Assembly (NCBI RefSeq): GCF_036321535.1
Contig: NC_087436.1
Span: 9,114,001-9,178,000 of the forward strand
Direction of reading: 5' to 3'
Length of the DNA: 64,000 bases
Origin: Camelus dromedarius
Taxonomy: Eukaryota
Shown here: one piece after another, positions 41,115-52,721 of the stretch
How the letters are laid out: each line of letters opens with the position of its first letter
How positions within the stretch are numbered: position 1 is the first letter of the stretch
Position numbers and translations under genes: made by a program
The notes under the pieces: model-generated
Databases searched by the model: none
The model's input: only the letters and a program-made list of their open reading frames with translations
Told to the model about the DNA's origin: nothing

Positions 41115-41420
41115 GGAATCATTCATTCCACATGTATTTGTTCAGCGTTTACTGTGTGCTGACTTCTGTTCTAGGGGCTGTGGGATACAAGATGAATAGT
41201 AGCCTAGATTATAATGGAAAGACACATCCAACAAACTAATACATAAGTGAAATAGATATCTTGACAAATAGTGATGTGCTCTGTGAATTGAAATAAATCA
41301 GAAAGGGGAGCCAGGGAATGTCTATGTCTGTTCCATTTCCAGTTATGGTTGGGAAAACCTAGCCAATAAAGTAGCCTATGAGCCTAATTGGAATGGGAAT
41401 CAGTGGAAAAGGGGGTGACC
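41115..41420 (-). mobile_element. L2 3' end
   Basis: cattcattc...tatttgttcagcgtttactgtgtgc...ttctaggggctgtgggataca. Confidence 0.65.
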
Positions 41421-41524
41421 AGGTATCCCTGGGATTCAAATAGTTACTGGTCCAAGCAAAAATAAATGCTATTAAGAGATTGGTCTTCAAGATTTTGGGA
41501 AAGGAAGGGTAGATCCCAGTGGTG

Positions 41525-41957
41525 TGTTAGGCAGGTAAGAGACCGGTTAGAACCCAACAGCCATGACTGTGCAGTAGAGACAAGGACCTAATCAGACAGG
41601 GCCCAATGCTCACTGTAATATAGTTAGCGTTGTAGTTAGGCCCCCATGGGTTTTTCTGTGTGTATCATGGGTAACGACATGTGCAAAAGGGGACAAGCAT
41701 GACTGAGCACTGCAGGAGCAAGAGATGTCAATCAATCAAGAGACCACCTCTAAGAGAGGGTATGAGAGAAGGGGAGACAAAGACTATTGCTATCAGCCCT
41801 TGGATCAGCCCACCTCCCATTCTTGGAGAGGTACTTTTCTTTCACTGATAAAACCTTTCGTATTTTTGCTACACAACTCTTCCATCTCCCATCTGAATTC
41901 TTATCTTTCTGGTAAGACAAGAACTGGGGTCTTTTCCCTCCCCCTTTTGGGGTAACA
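41525..41957 (+). mobile_element. ERV1-class LTR without a matching TSD
   Basis: TGTTA...TAACA inverted termini. The 3' end (ctgaattctt...gacaagaac) is shared with the LTR at 62840. Confidence 0.75.
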
Positions 41958-42999
41958 ATTGGGTCGGGGTTGACAGGAAGTAGAAAGTATCTGTTGGGGT
42001 TTTTGCAGGGACCTGAACAACTCAAGGTGTGTCTTTATTCCTGTCAAATACACACACCCACACACACACAAAATCACAAAATGCCTTTTATAGCTTAATG
42101 TCACCTCTGTCCCAAGTCACTTGAAAGTTAGATATTACCATGACATTCTCTGCCTCTCTGCTTTCAAATACCAACAATCATGTATTATTTCTAACTATTT
42201 AGAGGTACAGACTAAAGAGATGGAAAAGATCGGGAGGTGACTTTGATCAATTTGGTGGACATTAGTGTTTCCAAAATAGGTTTAACTCATTGTGCCGTTT
42301 CTTTTCTTTAAAGGTTAATTGAATCACATAACAATGGAGGATAAGTAATTTATCTTCAACATCCAAAGTTAATTCAGAATCGTTTATAAATGTACTCTAA
42401 TACATACAAATCTGCGGTATTATATTTTAGCAAGGGGACAATCAAAAACACCTAGTCATGCATTCTACCTGTCATTTATTTTTCTGCCATCAATTCAATT
42501 AAACAGTAGCTACTATATTCATGGCACCACAAATGAAAAGATTAGAAAGACACAGTTTCTAACCTCAAGACACCTCACTTAGGGCAGACACACAGCACGG
42601 AATAAATATTAACTGGGTCTCTAACAGCATGAGCCAATATGTTGAATTAATAATGTGTTTTGAGAACATTCATAAAGCATTTACTATTTCTAAGAGTGGG
42701 GCCAGGAAAAAACTTACTGTTAGTCCATGAAGTAGAGGAAACGGGCGATAATTAAAAGATAGTGGAACAAGACTAATTTTCCAATTGTATTTAGCCAGAC
42801 TAGACACACTGAGAACTTACTTACTTCTCCATGTGACTAAGTTTCTACAATGCTTTTTGACACTGAAGTATATTTTATATTTTACTTATTTTCTTTTGTC
42901 TGCCTATCAAGTCTATCTTGCATGTTACATAATCTAGCCAATTGATATCTTTAATAAATGCACGCATTCAGAAAACCTCTAACATTTCCAAGAATTTTG

Positions 43000-43128
43000 A
43001 TTTGTTATCTATAGAATGAAAATACATACATCTTCATAAGATTATTTTAAATATTAAATAAAATAATAAATTTAACAGCATAGCCTAGGATCTGGCACAT
43101 AAAAATCCCAGTAAAGGTTCGCTATTTT
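43000..43128 (+). mobile_element. MIR SINE 3' fragment
   Basis: atctatagaatg...atcttcataagattattttaaatattaaat...ctggcacata. Confidence 0.55.
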
Positions 43129-44013
43129 ATCAGATTACTATAATATTATGAAATAATTTCAACAAAAATATATGCAATGTAAATGCCAAAAGCATGTATT
43201 GAATGTAAGGGAGAAAATCAGTATGATCGTGTTTATTTATTTTACCTATTTTTTAAAGGACAAGTGACAAGAAATTTTAAAATATATATTTTCCTTTCAT
43301 AATTTAGCATTTCTTATCTTTTGTATGCTGTCTATTAAAACCAAAATGTGTTATTTACTTTTATTTGATCGAATAAAAGTTGCTTTAGTCTCTTGGTTTC
43401 AGTATCATGATCTGTTACTAAAATAAAAGCACCAGATTTATTTATTGTAAGTATATAATCTATATCATTTATAGTATGCCTAGATGTCAATTTATTTTAT
43501 GCTTGAAAATATTTAACATAAAGGAATGACATATTTCCTCAACATTGGACCACCCAAAATGATAATTGTTGATGAAATTAAAATGCCTAATGATTTCTAT
43601 AAAAATAAAAACTTTGTCAAACTACATGTCTGCAGATGGTATAGACATCCTTTTTGTTTAGCTTTATGGCAAATTCAAGAGCACAACATTTTTGTTTCCG
43701 TTTCAAAAGTTGTAAACTAAAATTAATATGGAAATAAGAGAAAGCATCTGGGAGTTTAGGTCTTAACGTATTTCCTTATTCTTACAAATCCTTTACTATT
43801 ACTTCACGTAAACTTTTAATGATATCTTTTTAAATGACCCATCTCTATACTTTGTCAAGAGGTATTTAATTCTCCAGATTGTAAATTTCCAAAAGTACTG
43901 CCGTTTCACGTTTTACAATGTGTGTTTTTGCATGTAAATTATATTCTGAAAGCATATTCTGAAATAAGCGCTCCTAAATGAGTAGTAACTCAGACGTCGA
44001 ATAGTTTAGCTCA

Positions 44014-44265
<252 letters not shown>

Positions 44266-44879
44266 TCAATAGGAAATAGAAATCTCCACTGAGCTAATCG
44301 AAACTTGGTGGCAAATGTCAAAAAAATCCATCATAGGTAAGCATCTCTGAACAAAGATTATGAACCTCCTGATCATAATAAATACTGTTTGTTTGTTTCA
44401 CTCATACAGCTTTATACAACATTCAATAAGTAGAAACATAGGGGCAAATAAAAATATATTGAGGAAAAATTAATAAACATAGGCTGAAAGAAAATGTACT
44501 AAAACCAGAGAAAACATTAAACTTTGATTTACTTTTAAGCATCCATACAGAATACATTTAACAACATATTTATAAATTTCTAACTCCTCATTGACTACAT
44601 TTGATGAATAAAGTTTAATAAAACTGTAGCTGTCATAATTTACTGGCAAAGATCAGTGAAAGGTTCATAAGGTAGTCTTCCATGGTAGGTACAACAGAAA
44701 TTATGCAGGTGGGGTATATTGAGTTATGAATGCATTTTTCCAATAGTATCTAAAGGGACATTTCCTAGAAAATTGCTTTTTAAGTGCTTTAAACTCAAGT
44801 CCTATGATTCTTTCCGCAGCTCTCTATTATTGGATATACCAGAGAAAATTGTAAAATGGCATAAACATATTACAATATA

Positions 44880-46413
44880 AAGTCGAAGCTCTCTTCCAAA
44901 CAAATCTATGCCTTGAGTTCATCTATATTTTTCTTTATCACTTTCAGAACACATCTCTGCCCCTGTTGTGACAACAGTAGGCGCTCTTTGTCTTGCCAAA
45001 TCCAATCTGTTCATCTGACATCTTGAGAAACTTTGCCAATTGACTAACCCTGTTTTTCAGTGTATTGAAACTCTCTCTCCATTATTTTCCTCCGTCTTTA
45101 ACCATGCTCAAATTACCCATGGTTTAAAATAATTTCCCTCCTCTACTTTCTGAGTTTTCAGAAAGAGTTGTCTGTCTCTTTCTGTTCATTTTCTGACCAA
45201 TCATACTTATCTCCTCATCACTCTTTGATAGAGATATTTTTTTTTCCTCAAAAAATGATCACTTTAGTTGATGTCTATAACATCTGGCTCCTCTGTTTCT
45301 ATGGAATTTGTAAAAATGCCTTCCCAGTCCTGTGGCAAGTTCATCCTTTTTTATTTTGCCATGAAATACTATATTTTGTTTAATTCTATTAACCATTCAT
45401 CCTACTCCATGCACTCAGCCAGACATTCAGCAGAGTCTATGGTTGTAATTATATGTATTGCTTCTCATTCAGTCCCCAGATTGGTATAATTAGCCTTCTT
45501 CACAGCTCCACCTTCATGTTCCTAAAGCAACTCCTCATGGTATTCATACCCCACATCAAGCCATGCTTTTCCAGACTCTCATTCATCCACTTGATGAAGC
45601 CAGAAACAAGGGAGACACCTTTGACGTCTTCATATTAAACCCATCTCTAAGTTCTGTTAGTGCTACCTTCATAATATATCTCTCAAACATCAGTTCCTTT
45701 CTAAGACCCCTGTCACAACCCTAATTCAAGCTACTGGCACCACTTAGCTCTCGAAATGCCCCAAACCCATCATTCCTGGCCTTCCACACTTAAACACATG
45801 CACCTTCAATCCTTTTCTACACAATGGCCTGAGTCATCACCTTAAATTCAAACATCACAGTGTTGTTGCCTTTACTAGTAACTTTGGGCTATATTTATTT
45901 GTCCTTGAGATAAAGAAGAAAATCCCTGGATCCTACAAGATCCTCTAGCATCTTGGCTCTGCATGTCTTCCTTTTGTCTTCAAATAACCATTCTCCAGCC
46001 AGACTAATCTTCTTGCAGTTCTTTAAACTTATTTTGTTCATTCCTACCCTAAGGCTTTTGTATATCCATTTCCTCCAACTGAAATACATTTTTCCCCATT
46101 TATCACCCAAATACCATCACATTTCAAAAACATCCCATAGAATCGTTCCCCATTAACACCAAGCCAGTTACGTTTCTTGGTTACTTTGCTTACAGATCAG
46201 TCTTCCTTCATTTCAGAACATCTAATTATACACCATTAATATGAATACTTTAATGATTCTGGCTTTCTTCACTGGACTATATACCTGCCTTCTCCTTCAA
46301 GTTTCATGAATGTTGGAATCTGCTTTGTTTCGCCCCCCAAGCATTAGATCACCTGGGCCTACCAAGTCGTTTGACACTTACTGGACACTAAAGGAATGAA
46401 TGCATAAATGAAT
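44880..46413 (+). mobile_element. Long degraded L2 LINE
   Basis: Pyrimidine-rich L2 ORF2/3' motifs (aagccagaaac, ctccagccagact, cctaccctaaggctttt) ending in a gaatgaatg-type tail. Confidence 0.7.
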
Positions 46414-46903
46414 GTCATCTCATCTACAAGGGTAACAAGAAAGATCGTGTTTTCCTGCATTCTGACCACGTTGAATACAATTCCTATTTCCACTGCTGCT
46501 ACAAAACATCTGAAAACGAACCCGGGAAAACTAAATATTTTCTTTTGCAATCCATCCTTTGGCTGTCATTTTGATGTATGGTCTAATCCTTCTCTCAGAG
46601 GTAAATATTTGTTTCACAAGACAACTGGATGGAATATTTTAAATCCAAGATAGAGACCAAGAATAAAGCCAACAATTGAGGTGAAGGAAGATTTTCGTCA
46701 GAGCTCTGAATATTATGTTCCTTCTGTTATGAGCCGGGAAAGGGAGGGAGGAAGGGGGCCTGGCAACAATCCTCTCCCATCACGATTCTTGTGAAGGTGA
46801 GGTCCTAAATATTCCAAGTGCTCATTTCAAGCTTTGTCTTTTTTGTCTTTCTCTGTCCTCTTTCTTTTCCCTTCCTAACCTCTCTGTCTCTTTTCCTTTG
46901 TGT

Positions 46904-46905
<2 letters not shown>

Positions 46906-46950
<45 letters not shown>
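46906..46950. repeat. (CA)22 microsatellite
   Basis: Perfect run read directly. Confidence 0.97.
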
Positions 46951-46951
<1 letters not shown>

Positions 46952-47987
46952 CTCCCACATCAGAAAGAGTTCATCTACTATAAAATATAGAACTAATGAA
47001 CAATGAGTTAATTTTAGTAGGTGAATAAAAATCTCACACATCTTGGGTGCGTAAACTCCCACACATCAATAATTAGATCAACAGTCTCCTGAAATATTTT
47101 TTTCTCCCAAAAGGCAATAGGATAGGAATATCTACTTTAAGAAATTTCAATAAAAGTTGGAAAAATAAGTCAGCACGTAAATCTTCAGTGTAGTATATGC
47201 AGCCTATTTATACTATTTCAATCGCCTCCTACTGTGAACCATGATTAACTTTTTTCACTGGTAGTCAGGATTTTCAAGTCTAAAGTTTCTTAAAAATACC
47301 ATGTTATACAAAAATAAAAATGCCTTTTCTCAGCAAAAATGACTGTACAACTGGAGTGATTTACTTGGTATTACAGATGAAGTGAAACAGAACTAACATT
47401 AAAAGTCAGATAACTTTTTTTTTTTTTTAGGAGAACACTGATTTCTATTACAGATGGGCATTTGAGCTCAGCAGTGGGGTGTTAGACAAGACAAAGAGAA
47501 AAGACTAGTTTCCGTGTTTATCTTCTGTGAATGGCTATCTCGTAAGATTCCCTCCATTGAAATATCACTAAGAAAAATACTAGAATTCAGTTACATAGTT
47601 ATCAAATGGCAACTTAAACAGAAAGAGGGCTTTTCTCAGTGGATGCTCAGAAAATATCAGCTTCTTCCCTCTCCCCATCTACAGGATCCAAAGAAGTCAT
47701 TATTCCATCTTGAAAAGTTTACTTGTCCACAGGTGTTCTGGAAATTGTAAATCAGCAGTAACTGATCCCATGATATACTGACTCATGATCTCACTTTCTC
47801 AGTGTAGTAACCTCTGAAAACCTGCTTGATTTCATAATTAATTGGCAGTTTGTTGACAGCTCAGGAAGAACACTGAAAAGCATGTGACTGAAACAAACAA
47901 GCTGGAACAGATGGTGAGATAATGATCCTATGACTTTTCCTTGTAACCTCAACATTTATATTAGAAGCATCAAAAATAACTTCACAA

Positions 47988-48121
47988 GGGGAGGGCAATG
48001 GCTCAGTGGTAGAGCACTTGCTTAGCATGCACAAGGTCTTGGGTTCAATCCCCAGTACCTCCATTAAGAAATACAAATAAATAAACTTAATTAACTCCTC
48101 CCCCAAAAGAAATAAATTTTA
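47988..48121 (+). mobile_element. Vic-1-type camelid SINE (tRNA-Ala-derived)
   Basis: A box (tggctcagtgg), B box (ggttcaatcc), ttagcat anticodon loop, AT-rich tail with ctcctcccc. TSD AAAAA(T/G)AACTTCAC at 47972-47985 and 48122-48135. Confidence 0.9.
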
Positions 48122-49039
48122 AAAAAGAACTTCACTATTGACTTAGAGAAAACAACATGCTTGTGTACCCAAAAGGTATCTGTCTAACTTTGAAGTTAAC
48201 AAAGTTGGACTTAAAAATCATAAGGGGGATGGACAGAGGTTTCTTTCCTTCAAAAATAGTGTTTTCCTCTGAATCAAACTATTTTTTTTCACCATATGGC
48301 ATAATATGCCATGTTGCTTACGGCAGTAGGGTTTAGAGTACTTATGTTATTCCGTAGATTCAATTTAGAGGCATTTTGATTTGTTTACAGATTCCATATA
48401 ATTGAATGTCTAAGCATTTGGGAAGACAAAATAAGAGGGTTAAAGCATTGCCTTAGGAACAAAATGCAGCATTTGAGATAGAGAAGGAAACTTCAGTGTC
48501 ACGGCTATTAATGCAAAGAAAATCAAGGATGAGCAAATCCCCAATATTATCAAATGTTTCAGAGAAGTCAAGCATCCTAAGAGTTTCACCAGGAGCACCC
48601 TCACTGTGTCTCCCTCCATCCTAGAAAGACAGCTTTCAAGAGATAGCTGCAGAACCTCCCCTGGGAAACCTTCCCTGCCAATCTCACACCAGCTCTGCTG
48701 TTCTCTGCTGCAGTCCATGAGTGTTTACCTTGCACGTGGTTATTGATTTAGGAAGGCTTCCACCCTCATATGGATATGGAAGGAAATATGCAATAAATTG
48801 GTTCTGTGACAATTAGCAAGTTTCTAAAGTTCCACTGGCCTCTCTTTGCTCTGTTCCATAACAGGAAGGTGCCGAAATAATCACGGGTGATTTTCCCCTT
48901 TTTGGTATCCTGGAATTCAATGAGATGGAGAAACCTTGTGTCATGCTGTACAATCTAAGCAAAATCGATTGCCTTACTTGGACCCCATCTGTAAGAAGAA
49001 ATTTATTTGCTTATAAAGTCTAGCACTTGTACCAGATTC

Positions 49040-49620
49040 TTCCTACTGAGTAGATTTATCGATCTGGAGAGAACACAGGTTTGAGAGAGAAAATTATGAT
49101 TTCTATTTTTGAGACACCTTTTGTAGTCCTATTGGAGATATTAAATGGACACTGAGATATGGAACTGAGAGCTCAGCAGAGAGGGATGTGCTGGAGACAC
49201 CTGTTTGGAGTCGTTAACGTTGATATTTCTTCTCATCTCAGTATGAAATGGGAAGCGGTTAGAGAGGAGAAAAGGTCTAAAGACTAAGTAAGCCCTCAGG
49301 CAGGTTTAGAGGCTGGAAGAGAAAATTAAACGCTGCTAGGAGGTAGAGGAAGTGAGAAGACTGAAATGGCAATTTTAGAACAATGATAGATGGGCATTTT
49401 CATCAGAGCAGAAGGACTGGAGGCCAGAGCTGTCTGCATCATTCGACATCCGGTATTTTCACTGGTTTGCTTGTGTGTTCTCTGTCCAACCAGAATGTTC
49501 TCTCCATAAAGATGGGGCTTTGTTAATCATTTGTGTGAATCAGAGCAGTATGTGGCACACAGCACAAGCTCAATACATAGTTTTGATTAATTAATTAGTC
49601 AATTAATTAATGGTGATGAA
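49040..49620. mobile_element. L2 fragments (minus piece about 49040-49350, plus-strand 3' end about 49440-49620)
   Basis: gagatatggaactgagagctcagcagagaggg..gctggaga and ccagaatgttctctccataaaga...tggcacacag..gctcaatac. Confidence 0.55.
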
Positions 49621-52559
49621 GTAATGAATTTTAAATTGTAGGTATAACATTAAAGGATGCTTAAAATTCTTCACGTGATCAAAAATATTCATGAAAACTA
49701 AGAAATCAATCTAGAAGCAAAAGGCTTTTCTTTAACCCCTGGATCAAAAAAGCTTTGAGCTTGGCTTTCAATCGGAGGTTCTTTTGAAAAAGCCTCACTT
49801 GTCAAAGACGGGCCTTCTCCTGCCTTGGCTCCACTGAACCTGCAAGGACCAGAGACGCTGTCCCACGTCCGTCAGGCTTGTCTGTTGCAGCGACTGTTTT
49901 CATCTCCTGACCCACTTTAGCAGGACACCCACCACTGTGAACTCTGGGGTTAAGATCTACTTTAATATTTCTCTGAGGAGGAAGTATTGTCCATGAATCC
50001 AGTTTTATAACAGGCATTGGATTCTTTCCCATTCAGGGAAGAAGATTATTTCCATTCAGCAGTGAATTATCCTCATCAGAGCAATGGATTCTCCCCATCA
50101 GTGTCCTATGTCCAAATACTCATTCTAACAAGCATCACTGAACACAAAAGAAAACCAAATAATGAAAACACTAAGAGTCGTACAACCACAGGGAAAGCAA
50201 CAAAGGCAGAACAGATCATGTGTACCCTACTAGACACGCTGGGATGGTACCTTCCTTGTGGTATTTAATCACCCCAAAACATTTTCTGATACAATTGCTT
50301 ATATTGAATTACTCTCCAAAGAAAGAGAAACTTCTCAAGATAAAGTGTCCAAGGCTGACTCCGATCAAATTTGACCCATGGTTCTGTTACACAGTTCTAC
50401 TTTGAAGACACACACAATGTGGCAGATATAAAGGGAGAGCCTATAAAAGAAGTAGCCATAGAGAAAAAAACAATTATTCAGACCTTATCCAACTGGAAGA
50501 GGGAATCTTTCACTTACATTTGCTTTAGAGCAATGTAAGGGAAGACGTAAGCTAACAAATGCTGTCATAATGGGAGAGTAATAGCTTTAATGGCCAGATT
50601 GCATGGATAAGACTGGTTCGAATCTATACAGAAGCACCAGTAAACATGGAAATTTCCTTATCCTTAATCCTATGGCTCATGTTGTGAGTGTGTCTAAAAC
50701 TTTTCAAAGTAATGCTCTAAGTTGAAGGATTATAAAATGTGCAGTGTACTTTTTTTCTTAATATCTGGGATAAGAATAGAATTATAAGCATTAAATAATA
50801 AGAATTATGATCATTAAATTAATTTCACTCTTTCAAAGAAGGAGGAACTTGTATTTTAATGACATCTGAGTCATTAATTCAGATGAACAAAACTGTCCAG
50901 ATTTTAATCAATTATACCTTTCAATAGCAGCTTAATTTGAAGCTGAAAGATGCTAAATATAGATAAAATATATTCATTGCCATTTTAGAAGGACTGCAGT
51001 CTAAAATGCATAATAATTTAAGCTCACATTAGGAGAAAGTATTCACACTAACTTCCATTTAAGTGAAAAAAATGTATATTATCCTGCTTTAAAGTAGTGA
51101 AAATTTGACATTATGAAAAAAGCATGTTAGGGGGGAAATACTGTTTTCCAAAACCATCTTTGCTTTACAAAAGTATGTGGCAGTTACATTAAGTCTTCTG
51201 GAGCACTGAAAAAAATTTTTTAAATAAAATATTCAAGTGCAATCTATAATGCCAGATAACAAAACAGAAAAACATACTAGAGACCTAGTGTAACGCTTTC
51301 CTTTTACTTGAGAGGAACAGGAAAACCAGTGAGAATGCGGTTTGCCTATGAGATGAGCGGTGAGGGCTTGGAACACAGCTGTCCTGATGCCGAAGACACA
51401 GGTCGTATTTTTTAGATGCTGCAACATACCCAGCTAGAATCCATTCACTGTGGATTCTAGGAAAGGTACAAAGACACAAATGAAGCTTTGCTTAGAAATA
51501 GCATCTCTCTGAGCCCTTTCACCCTTGTATTTGCTACTTGCTGGGCTTCCTGAAAGCCAAATGCTGGGACACCAGAGTCACCACCTCTTCAGAATCCTGT
51601 TGCGTAAGTAGAATTTTTGGAAAACTTTTTGTTTGTACATTTGTTCTATCACCATGATCTTCACTGGGAAGATGGTTATACAGAGTTATGGTTCAAGTTA
51701 TACGCAGATGGTTACAGTTATTCTCCTGTAACTATAATTACATTTTCTATATGTAAAATTATATATATAATAAATATATATATAAAACTTGTGTTAGATA
51801 TATAGATATAATTATATAATCATGTAGATATTTCTGGTTATACATACATAAATGGTTATATATATAATACAGAATATGTATATGTATTTAAAGAATTTGT
51901 TTGTTTTTGTTTTTGCTCTTGCTAAAACAGAATTATTTCATTAAAGAATGAACTTTGGGTTTAGCTCGCTTAACCCAGGAAATATTCTTAAATTGTATAA
52001 ACTTACAGTAGGCTGGACTTCCACCTGTATACACCAGTGTCTCAAATTTAGGCAGAAAAAAACTAATACAAGCTTCAGTGACTCATTTTCAATCCTCCCA
52101 AAGAAGTCCTGGGACTTTATAAATACATCCATGATTCAACAGTCAAAAGGCATATTATGTGTAGCCTGAAGTTAACTTAATTCCCTATGTCCATTTTCAT
52201 GATGACTTCAGTAGACACTATTTTAAAACTAAACTTGATTCAGTTCTTTGTGTACAGCCTATTGAATCACGTGCTGTCAGTTTCTTCTTCACAATGAATG
52301 ACCTCAGTTATCTTAGAGCAGATTGGATCCTAATATTCTGGATTATGTATGTTTTTATGTACATGTAACAGACCATCATTCTCCCACTTTGCCCCATAAC
52401 GTGGTGAAGAGTGACAGGTCACGGTCGGGTCCTAATCTGACCGAGGTTTTGTGACATAGCTCACCTGCTGCTCTTAAATTTCTCTGCTGTTTGCCTTACC
52501 TGCCTTACGTGTGACTAGTTCAAAATAAGAAGCCACTTCAGTATGGTTCCTCTACTTCT

Positions 52560-52721
52560 TTTCCACTTTTGAAAACAATTTTATTTACTTTATTGTTATT
52601 TGAAGGGGGAGGGAGATAATTAGGTTTACTTATTTATTTATTTGATGGTGATACCGGGGATTGAACCCAGGACCTTGTGCATGCTAAGCATGTGCTCTAC
52701 CACTGAGCTACACCCTCCCCC
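52560..52721 (-). mobile_element. Vic-1-type camelid SINE
   Basis: Reverse complement of ggggagggtgtagctcagtggtagagcacatgcttagcatgcacaaggtcctgggttcaatcccc. 15-bp TSD GGTTCCTCTA(C/T)TTCT at 52545-52559 and 52722-52736. Confidence 0.92.

Noticed and set aside
1..44000. Next FSTL5 coding exon (QEKNQESSR-like)
   Set aside because: Searched by eye on the minus strand and found no convincing match. It probably lies beyond position 1, although a very short exon could be missed.
47988..48063. tRNA-Ala gene (also at 52646-52721)
   Set aside because: Acceptor stem is imperfect, a family-specific tail follows, and TSDs flank the element, so these are SINEs.
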